Assembly (NCBI GenBank): GCA_965116325.1
Contig: OZ220675.1
Location: 449,138 to 513,137, forward strand
Direction of reading: 5' to 3'
Length of the DNA: 64,000 nt
Origin: Dehalococcoidia bacterium
Lineage (GTDB): Bacteria; Chloroflexota; Dehalococcoidia; Lucifugimonadales; JAGWBF01
Shown here: positions 27,492-34,868 of the stretch, in pieces
Layout: each line of letters starts with the position of its first letter
How positions within the stretch are numbered: the first letter of the stretch is position 1
Made by a program: the position numbers and the translations under genes
Notes under the pieces: generated by a model
What the model was told of the DNA's origin: nothing
The model's database searches: none
What the model saw: only the letters and a program-made list of their open reading frames with translations

Positions 27492-28138
27492 TGTCTTGCC
27501 TCCTCCGTAACAATAGACACGGTGGTGTTCTCTCCTGGTGGCCGGACCGCAACGGGGCAGATCAGGCGATATGGCAGCACCAGTAATTCCTCGCTGGAGT
27601 AAGGCCGCTTTACGGTCCGGCGGTGTATGCCTGACGGCTATCCGATATACCCACTCCCCGGCCTCCGGCTTGTCGCGGTTGGGCAGCTCCTTTCGGTTTC
27701 AAACGCTTCCTTGGCAGTGGTCTTCATTGTCTCCGCTTCGCCCCGCGAAGACAAGGGAGGGGCCCCAGGACGCAACAGCAGACGCTGCGCTTGTTCCAGG
27801 CGAGGACGCTAAGGCGCAGCACACGGGGGAGGATGCCGCATGGGGGCGCCTTCCCTGGGCGGCCGTGTATGCGGCCTTTTCTTGCGCTTCAGGAGGTTGT
27901 CGCGCCGTCGTCCTGTCCGGCTCGGCAGATCCGAGAGCTCAGGGAATCCAGATGCGGACGGCGTAGCCGAGAGCGTCGCCGCCGTGGGCGTAGGCTCCTG
28001 TGTGGCAGTGGGATGGAAAGCCCCTCGGTCGTTGACGAGGGAGTTGACACATCAGAACAGCCGCCCAAAGGCACGGCAAGGAACATCACCGATCCCGGCC
28101 AACTTGATGGATTTCAATTTGCTCCCTAGCAGCATCCC

Positions 28139-29779
28139 TTACTCAATGGTCACGACCTTCGTGAACGGGGAGCAGCCAGCTTTGTTGCATGCCCTGACCT
28201 TCCAACTGGTCAGGTCGTACCCCCCGAAGAACCTGTTGGGGGCAACCTCGAATGACTGGGCATCAAGCGGGGCGTTTACCTGTAAGTCGAGCTCAAACGG
28301 GAGGTCGGGTTCGGAGCCTTTCCACAGCTCATAGTAGGTCGCACCCGCCACCGGTTCCCAGTTGAGCTTCGCATCGTCGACGGCAAAGGTCCCACGATTT
28401 ACGATCTTCTCTCCCCGGAACCCCGGGGGAGTGGATGGGACGCTCACAGGACCGTCGGATTCGGTGGTGGCAACCGCAATCGCCTGGGAGCACTCGAATT
28501 CGTCACAAGTCAGCAACGCAAGATAGTGGACCGCACTTGGCTGCAGGCCGTCGGCGACATGGGTCCCCGCGTCTACCTCCGACAGCACAAGGTTGTACGG
28601 CCCGTCCGGGGACTGGCTGGCGTGCAACTGATAGTAAAAGTATCGCGGGGGTTCCCTGACATACTCCTCCCACTCGGGGTCCGACCACTCGACGGTTAGG
28701 GAATCGGAGGTCCTGCTTGTGATGGATAAGGTCGCAGTGGGCAGCCGACCGCGGACATCGCTCCAGCAGGTGGCGGAACCGTCTTCTCGTACTGCACAGA
28801 CCATCGCGGGCGGGTAGTCCACGACAGGCCCGTCATCACCGTAATAAGGCTCAACCGAGCCAACACTCCCCGATATGAACGTGCCCTGCGTGAACGTGTC
28901 CGGGGGCAGGTCGACGGGAGAGGGATCGTCCGCCACAAGGCTCCAGCAGGCAAGGGTCTTGTTCTCCCGCAACCCGCAAGCGATGTCTCTGCCAACGCTG
29001 ACCGACGTGAAGGAACCCTCAGGCTGCGTAACTTGCAAATCATCGAGACCGCCGTCGCAGCTGAACGATTTCGCCCCGAACACCGTACAGCCCCCGCAGG
29101 TGATAGTCCCGTCCTCGCGCACCCCGCAGATATGGCCAAAGTCGCCAACGCTCACCGAGGTGAAGGAACCCCCAGGGGGCGTGGCCTGCCCGATTTCATC
29201 TGAGCCCCTGCAGGCGATAGTCCCGTCCTCGCGCACCCCGCAGATATGGCCAAAGTCGCCGACGCTCACCGAGGTGAAGGAACCCTCAGGCGGCGTGGGC
29301 TGACTGAACTCATCGTGTCCCCAGCAGGCGATAGGCCCATCGTCGCGGACACCGCAGGACAGGCTGCCGCCAACGCTCACCGAGGTGAAGGAACCCTTAG
29401 GCGGCGTGGCCTGCCTGAACTCATCGTGTCCCCAGCAGGCGATAGACCCATCGTCGCGGAGGCCGCAGGACTGGCTGTCTCCAATGCTCACCGAGGTGAA
29501 GGAACCTTCTGGCGGCGGCGCTGGGGGTAGGTAGCCCAGGGCCCGGCAGTAGAGGGAACCATCCGCCCGCACTCCGCATATATGCAGAAACCCGACATCT
29601 ACCGATGTGAAGGCGCTGCCCGGAGACGGGGGCGTGGCCGGCGGCGCAGGCAAGACGGTGAAGTCTGATCGATACGGGGGCTGTTCTGAGAGCCACTCTC
29701 CGCCGCATCCCATGAGAGCTGCGGAAAGGACCAACGGGAGGGTCAGGAAGATGAAATTTCTTAAAACGTTAGGGAGCAT
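28139..29779 (-). CDS. lipoprotein with RCC1-like beta-propeller repeats and two FN3-like domains
   Basis: Lipobox LMGC. Six or more repeats of 38-39 aa (GSFTSVSVG..CGVR.DG.IACWG). C-terminal FN3-like modules are present (LTVEWSDPEW; LNWEPVAGATYYELW). The start shares one base with the stop of the upstream LRR gene. Confidence 0.7.
   Translation of the reverse strand: MLPNVLRNFIFLTLPLVLSAALMGCGGEWLSEQPPYRSDFTVLPAPPATPPSPGSAFTSVDVGFLHICGVRADGSLYCRALGYLPPAPPPEGSFTSVSIGDSQSCGLRDDGSIACWGHDEFRQATPPKGSFTSVSVGGSLSCGVRDDGPIACWGHDEFSQPTPPEGSFTSVSVGDFGHICGVREDGTIACRGSDEIGQATPPGGSFTSVSVGDFGHICGVREDGTITCGGCTVFGAKSFSCDGGLDDLQVTQPEGSFTSVSVGRDIACGLRENKTLACWSLVADDPSPVDLPPDTFTQGTFISGSVGSVEPYYGDDGPVVDYPPAMVCAVREDGSATCWSDVRGRLPTATLSITSRTSDSLTVEWSDPEWEEYVREPPRYFYYQLHASQSPDGPYNLVLSEVDAGTHVADGLQPSAVHYLALLTCDEFECSQAIAVATTESDGPVSVPSTPPGFRGEKIVNRGTFAVDDAKLNWEPVAGATYYELWKGSEPDLPFELDLQVNAPLDAQSFEVAPNRFFGGYDLTSWKVRACNKAGCSPFTKVVTIE
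29040..29560. repeat. 114-117-bp tandem repeats inside the RCC1-like gene
   Basis: For example, 29102-29170 versus 29216-29284 differ at 1 of 69 bases. Confidence 0.75.
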
Positions 29780-31074
29780 CAGCAGAACGGCAGGCCCAAG
29801 AATTCCAGGTCGTTGCTATAGTCCAGATCGCTCAACTCGCCCGGTATGCAGCCGCTCAGGTCGTTGCCCGCAAGTCTCAGCAACTCCAGGTCTTGGAGCT
29901 GGGCCAGTGTGTAAGGGACTTCTCCGGTCAGTTCGTTGTCATCGAGAATCAGCCATGTCAGGTTGGAGAGCAGGCCAAGGTCAACCGGAATTGCCCCACT
30001 CAGGTCGTTGCCGGAGAGGACAAGGTTCACCAAGCTGTAGAGTTGGCCCAGTGTGTCCGGTATCTCCCCGCTCAACCGGTTGTTGGAGAGCCTCAGGGCG
30101 CTCAGGTTGGAGAGCAGGCCCAGGTCAGGCGGTATCTCTCCCATCAAGTCGTTGGAGCTGAGGTCCAGGTACTCCAGGTTGGAGAGTTGGCCCAGCCAGG
30201 CCGGGACCTCCCCGGTCAGCGCGTTGTCATCCAGGACCAGTCCTCTCAGGAGAGAGAGTTGGCCTAGCTCCGCCGGTATCACACCGATCAAGTCGTTGCC
30301 GGCTAGGTCCAGGTACTCCAGGTTGGAAAGCTGGCCCAGCTCGGCCGGGATTGCTCCGCTCAAGTTGTTGTCGTCCAGGCGAAGGTGGTCCAGGTAGGAG
30401 AGTTGACTCAGTTCCAGCGGTATCCCTTCGCTCAATTGGTTCTCATTGACTGCCAGGCTCTCCAAGTAGGAGAGTCGACCAAGTTCAGGCGGGATCGGTC
30501 CGCTCAGCTGGTTTGTGTAGAGGGTCAGAACGACCAAGTCTGAAAGCTGCCCCAGCTCGGCCGGGATCTCGCCTCTCAACTGGTTGGTGTGGAGGATCAG
30601 AGCAAACAGGTAGGAGATCTGGCCCAGTTCGGCCGGGATCTCCCCGCTCAAGCCGTTCTCCGGAAGGTCAAGCTCGTATACGCGGCCGACCAGGTCCGCC
30701 GGCGCGTTGTCCGCCGTGTATGTGGCCACGCCGTACCACTCGCCAAGGGGCTTGTCGCTCAGCCAGTTGTCGTTGTTCGTCCAGTTGGGGCCGTCCGTGG
30801 CGTTGTAGAGGGCAACCAGCGCTTCCCGGTCCGTTTCGACGGAGGTCCCCTCCGGCGTGGGCATGGCTTCCGGGGTCTCCATGTCAGCGGTCGCAGCAGA
30901 GGTCCCCTCCGGCGTGGACATGGCTTCCGGGGTCTCCGCAGCTGTAGGCGTGGAAGAAGTGGCAGTCGCAGCTCGATCACCGTCGGGGGGCTCCAAAGGC
31001 TGATCCGCGCCGCATGCCAGGAGAGCCGCAGCAAGGACCAGGGAGAGGCTTACGGCAATCAGCCTTCTTGTCAT
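29779..31074 (-). CDS. plant-type leucine-rich-repeat lipoprotein
   Basis: Lipobox-like ALLAC. N-cap DREALVALYNATDGPNWTNNDNWLSDKPLGEWYGV. About 12 repeats of 24 aa (LxxLxxLxLxxNxLSGxIPxxLGx). C-cap GCIPGEL...NDLEFLGLPFC-stop. Confidence 0.8.
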   Translation of the reverse strand: MTRRLIAVSLSLVLAAALLACGADQPLEPPDGDRAATATSSTPTAAETPEAMSTPEGTSAATADMETPEAMPTPEGTSVETDREALVALYNATDGPNWTNNDNWLSDKPLGEWYGVATYTADNAPADLVGRVYELDLPENGLSGEIPAELGQISYLFALILHTNQLRGEIPAELGQLSDLVVLTLYTNQLSGPIPPELGRLSYLESLAVNENQLSEGIPLELSQLSYLDHLRLDDNNLSGAIPAELGQLSNLEYLDLAGNDLIGVIPAELGQLSLLRGLVLDDNALTGEVPAWLGQLSNLEYLDLSSNDLMGEIPPDLGLLSNLSALRLSNNRLSGEIPDTLGQLYSLVNLVLSGNDLSGAIPVDLGLLSNLTWLILDDNELTGEVPYTLAQLQDLELLRLAGNDLSGCIPGELSDLDYSNDLEFLGLPFC

Positions 31075-31158
31075 TTCAGCTTTCCCAACCTCCGCATGCA
31101 GGATGCCCCATCGCGATAATGCTGCTTCCCGCTGGATTCCACGAAAACCCCACGCGCA

Positions 31159-32508
31159 TCAGCAGAAGGGCAGGCCCAACTCCTCAAAGTCGTTCTCCTC
31201 TATAGCCCCTAGCGCGGCAGGCACGCAGCCGCTGAGGCCGTTGCCGGCGAGTTTCAGCTCCTCCAAATCGAACAATCTCCATAGCTCAGGCGGTATCTCC
31301 CCCCTCAACTGGTTCTCCTCAAGGTACAGCCAATTCAGGCTGGCGAGTTTGCCCAGCTCTGGCGGTATCTCCCCGCTCAACCGGTTCTCGTGGAGGTCCA
31401 GCCTTATACGGCTGGCGAGGTTACCCAGCTCCGCGGGTATCTCGCCGCTCAACCGGTTCTCGAAGAGTTCCAGCCGTTGAAGGTTCGAGAGGCTGCCCAA
31501 CTCCGGCGGTATCTCCCCGCTCAGCTGGTTCTTGTGGAGGCTCAGCGTCTCCAGGTTGGCGAGGTTGCCCAGCCCCGGCGGTATCTCTCCGCTCAACCGG
31601 TTGCCGCCGAGAAATAGGGATCGGAGGTTTGAGAGTCTTGCCAACTCCCTGGGTATCTCCCCGCTCAGCTGACTGCGGCCGAGACTCAGCATTTCCAGGC
31701 TGGCGAGATTGCCCAGCTCAGCGGGTATCTCGCCGCTCAACCGGTTGCCGCTGAGAATAAGCCACTCCAGGCTGGTGAGGTCAGCCAGCTCCGGCGGTAT
31801 CTCCCCGCTCAACTGGTTTTCGGAGAGGTTCAGCGACTTCAGGCCGGCGAGGTCGGCCAGGTCCGGCGGTATCTCCCCGCTCAACTGGTTGCCATTGAAG
31901 TTCAGCCACTCCAGGCTGGCGAGATTGCCCAGCTCCCGCGGTATCTCTCCGTCCAGATCGTTGCCGCCCAAGTCCAGCCACTCCAGGTTGGCAAGCGCGC
32001 TCAGCTCCCGCGGTATCTCGCCGGTCAGTTTGTCGGAGTTGAAGTTCAGCAGTTCCAGTTGGGACAGGTTGCCCAGTCCGGGCGGTATCTCTCCGGTCAG
32101 GTTGTTGTCGTAGAGGCGCAGCTTTATGACCCGCCCATTGTCGTCGGTGTCGACACCGTACCACTCTTCCAGCGGCTCGTCGCTCAGCCAATTGTCGCTC
32201 TTCGACCAGCTTGGCCCGTCCGTGGCGTTGTATAGGACAACCAGGGCTTCCCTGTCGGTTTCGACGGAGGTCTGGTCGGGCGTGGGCATGGCTTCCGGCG
32301 TCTCCGCAGTTGTAGACTGGGGTGCGTCGGTGGATTGGGGCGTGGCAGCAGGTTCCCCGGCCGCCGCGCCGCTTTCCGTTGCGGATGTGGACACGGCTTG
32401 ACCAGCGGGGGGCAATTCCTGCGGCTCATCCGCGCCGCACGCCAGGAGAGCCGCGGAAAGGACAAGGGAGAGGATTATGGCAATCAGTCTTCTTGTCATT
32501 TCAGCCAC
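31159..32508 (-). CDS. plant-type leucine-rich-repeat lipoprotein (paralog)
   Basis: Same architecture as the previous LRR gene. It ends ...NDFEELGLPFC-stop. Confidence 0.8.
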   Translation of the reverse strand: MAEMTRRLIAIILSLVLSAALLACGADEPQELPPAGQAVSTSATESGAAAGEPAATPQSTDAPQSTTAETPEAMPTPDQTSVETDREALVVLYNATDGPSWSKSDNWLSDEPLEEWYGVDTDDNGRVIKLRLYDNNLTGEIPPGLGNLSQLELLNFNSDKLTGEIPRELSALANLEWLDLGGNDLDGEIPRELGNLASLEWLNFNGNQLSGEIPPDLADLAGLKSLNLSENQLSGEIPPELADLTSLEWLILSGNRLSGEIPAELGNLASLEMLSLGRSQLSGEIPRELARLSNLRSLFLGGNRLSGEIPPGLGNLANLETLSLHKNQLSGEIPPELGSLSNLQRLELFENRLSGEIPAELGNLASRIRLDLHENRLSGEIPPELGKLASLNWLYLEENQLRGEIPPELWRLFDLEELKLAGNGLSGCVPAALGAIEENDFEELGLPFC

Positions 32509-32537
32509 TCATATCCAGCGCTTTACTCCACGGAAAT

Positions 32538-33569
32538 CTAGTTCGCATCGCAGAACGGCAGGCCCAAGAGATCGATGTCGTTGAACCTCACGTTCCTCAA
32601 TATGCCTGGTACGCAACCGCTGAGGTCGTTGTCCGATAATCTCAGCGTTCTCAGCTTGGAGAGTTGGCCCAATTCAGCCGGTATCTCGCCCGTTAACTCG
32701 TTGCCGCTGAGGTTCAGCCATTCCAGGTAGGGGAGTTGACCCAGTTCAGCCGGTATCTCTCCGCTCAAGTCGTTGTCGCTGAATTCCAGCTGGTCCAGGT
32801 TGACAAGGCTACCCAACCACATCGGTATCTCTCCACCCAACTGGTTGCCACTGAGATCAACGGTTGCCAACTTGGAGAGTTGGCCCAGTTCTGCCGGTAT
32901 CTCTCCGCTCAACCGGTTGTCCTTGAGGAGCAGCCCTCTCAGTGTCTCAGAGAGTTGGCCCAGTTCCGCCGGTATCTCGCCCGTTAACTCGTTGCCGCTG
33001 AGGTTCAGCCATTCCAGCCAGGGGAGTTGACCCAGTTTCGCCGGTATCTCTCCGCTCAGTTGGTTGTCCATGAGATACAGGCTTCCCAACTCGGAGAGTT
33101 GGCTCAACTCCGGGGGTATTTGCCCTCTCAACTCATTGTCACTGAGATCCAACTCTCCCAGACTGAGCCCCAGCTCTTTGAAGAGTTGGCCCAGTTCAGC
33201 CGGTATCTCTCCGCTCAGTTGGTTACTATCGAGGCGCACATTGGTTACTCGCCCACTGTAATTGGTTGAGACCCCATACCACTCGTCCAGCGGCTTGTCG
33301 CTCAGCCAATTGTCGCTGTTCGTCCAATTGGGTCCGTCCGTGGCGTTGTAGAGGGCAACCAGTGCTTCCCGATCCGTTTCAACGGAGGTCTGGTCGGGCG
33401 TAGTAACGGATTCAGTTGCCACCGCAGTTGTAGGCGTGGGAGAAGTGGCAGTCGCAGCGCGATCAGTGTCGGGGGGCTCCAAAGGATCATCCGCGCCGCA
33501 GGCCAGGACAGCCGCGGCAAGTACCACCGCAAGGACGAGTATAGGTATCCGCTTGGCAACTTGTCCCAT
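32538..33569 (-). CDS. plant-type leucine-rich-repeat lipoprotein (paralog)
   Basis: Same N-cap and 24-aa repeats. It ends ...NDIDLLGLPFCDAN. Confidence 0.8.
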   Translation of the reverse strand: MGQVAKRIPILVLAVVLAAAVLACGADDPLEPPDTDRAATATSPTPTTAVATESVTTPDQTSVETDREALVALYNATDGPNWTNSDNWLSDKPLDEWYGVSTNYSGRVTNVRLDSNQLSGEIPAELGQLFKELGLSLGELDLSDNELRGQIPPELSQLSELGSLYLMDNQLSGEIPAKLGQLPWLEWLNLSGNELTGEIPAELGQLSETLRGLLLKDNRLSGEIPAELGQLSKLATVDLSGNQLGGEIPMWLGSLVNLDQLEFSDNDLSGEIPAELGQLPYLEWLNLSGNELTGEIPAELGQLSKLRTLRLSDNDLSGCVPGILRNVRFNDIDLLGLPFCDAN

Positions 33570-33601
33570 TCAGCTCACCTCCAATCCTGAATACAGACCT
33601 G

Positions 33602-34372
33602 TCAACTGCAATTGATGTTGACCTCGCGCTCCAGCTCCGCTTCCAGCTTGCCTTCAAGCTCTGAGCATGCCGCATCAGCCCGCTCCTCCAGTTCCGGGGC
33701 AGACGGACCGGATTCCAGGGAGTCGACCGCCTCAGAGAAATCGGCAAGCTCATCCCGGTCCCCGATGCTTGTGTCTGCCTCCTGCACGGCTTCCAAGGAC
33801 TCCTGAAAAAGTTGAAGAACTTCCCTGGCTGTCGCTATATACTCGTCGTGCAGGTCGGAGAGATGCTCCGGAGGCGCCAGGCGCGACATTTCGTCGAAAG
33901 AGTCCCTGGTAATGCTCAGGAACTCGCCGTAAAGGCCGGTGACATTCTGCAGTATGGTTTCTGCCACGTCGCTCGCGAACTCCACGTCCTCCTGTGACCA
34001 GGATTCGCTGGTCTCGAGCGCGAAGAAGCGCTCTCCTTCTTCAGGGGAGTAGGGGGGATTGGAGAAGAAGGCGGCGCCCGCAGCTTCGATCTCCTCCTCC
34101 TGGGTGGCAGCGATTTCCTCCATAGCAGCCACGTATTCCTCGGCCGTGAGCTCCTCTCCCTGCCGCATCTCAACATCCTGGGTCGGCTCTGGAGTGGGCT
34201 CCGGTGTGCCAGCCGCAGACCCTTCACTTGTGGGCTGTTCCGTTGAGCCGCCGCCTCCGTCGCCGCAAGCCACAAGCACGCCTGTGAGCAGCACAGCCAG
34301 AAGCAGTGCGGGGACCCAGAGTAATGAGATACCTATAGCCCTAGATGCATAAGGGCGGGGGTGTTTATTCAT
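33602..34372 (-). CDS. acidic lipoprotein, unknown function
   Basis: Lipobox VLVAC-GDGGGG. The mature part is helical and rich in Glu and Asp. Confidence 0.6.
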   Translation of the reverse strand: MNKHPRPYASRAIGISLLWVPALLLAVLLTGVLVACGDGGGGSTEQPTSEGSAAGTPEPTPEPTQDVEMRQGEELTAEEYVAAMEEIAATQEEEIEAAGAAFFSNPPYSPEEGERFFALETSESWSQEDVEFASDVAETILQNVTGLYGEFLSITRDSFDEMSRLAPPEHLSDLHDEYIATAREVLQLFQESLEAVQEADTSIGDRDELADFSEAVDSLESGPSAPELEERADAACSELEGKLEAELEREVNINCS

Positions 34373-34829
34373 GGTACTTACTCCTCCATTCAGTCAGTGA
34401 GCAGGTGGCCAAGGTCCATCCTCTCGGCCAGCTCGTACAGCGCCCTGCGGTGCCGGCAGCAGGGGCGTGCCCTGTCTTCCTTCATCGCCATCCGGAACCG
34501 CTTGAGACGCTGCGGGAAGTCAACGGGGACCGCGTAGTTTTCCCCGCTGTGACGGATGCGCTGCCGCGGCATCGAGCTGGTTCTTCAAGTTCGCCGCTCC
34601 ATCCAAAAGGCCATGGCGTTAACCAGCGCGGGATAATTCTCCTAGTCCATGAGGAAGTTTCCGCTCACCCAGGCTGGCAACCTGCCGGTGTCGGTGGCCG
34701 TTAGTGTCACCGTTGTGGTAAGCGGGCCAGGCTGACGCCTGGCCAGGGCTACTCTGTGACCGCGCCGGCTGCCTCCTGTCTTCCGGGTATGCCGCCCTTG
34801 GCACCTTACCATATGAACATCATCTTGCT

Positions 34830-34868
34830 GTCACTTTATGAGTCATTTATCGTCACTTATTGTCACTA
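34830..34868 (+). promoter_or_regulatory. four phased GTCAYT direct repeats (candidate OmpR/PhoB-type operator)
   Basis: GTCA begins at 34830, 34842, 34852 and 34862 (spacing 12, 10 and 10 bp). The last repeat overlaps the -35 of the promoter below. Confidence 0.45.

Noticed and set aside
26289-27602. 437-aa plus-strand ORF
   Set aside because: It is antisense to the TPP-dependent enzyme gene. It has no motifs and biased composition.
27889-28089. 66-aa minus-strand ORF starting MMFLAVPLGGCSD (lipoprotein-like)
   Set aside because: The rest is an Arg/Ser/Pro low-complexity tail with no RBS. I treat it as part of the unexplained gap rather than as a gene.
29893-33269. Many plus-strand ORFs with periodic SSGGISPLN / QLRRYL repeats (also at 37657-38898)
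   Set aside because: They are mirror images of the 72-bp LRR periodicity on the opposite strand. The LRR reading frames carry signal peptides, caps and stops consistent with real genes.
34390-34572. 60-aa minus-strand ORF between the acidic lipoprotein gene and the sensor-regulator promoter
   Set aside because: The product is Arg/Cys-rich with no RBS and no motif, and a stop lies immediately upstream. It is probably non-coding.
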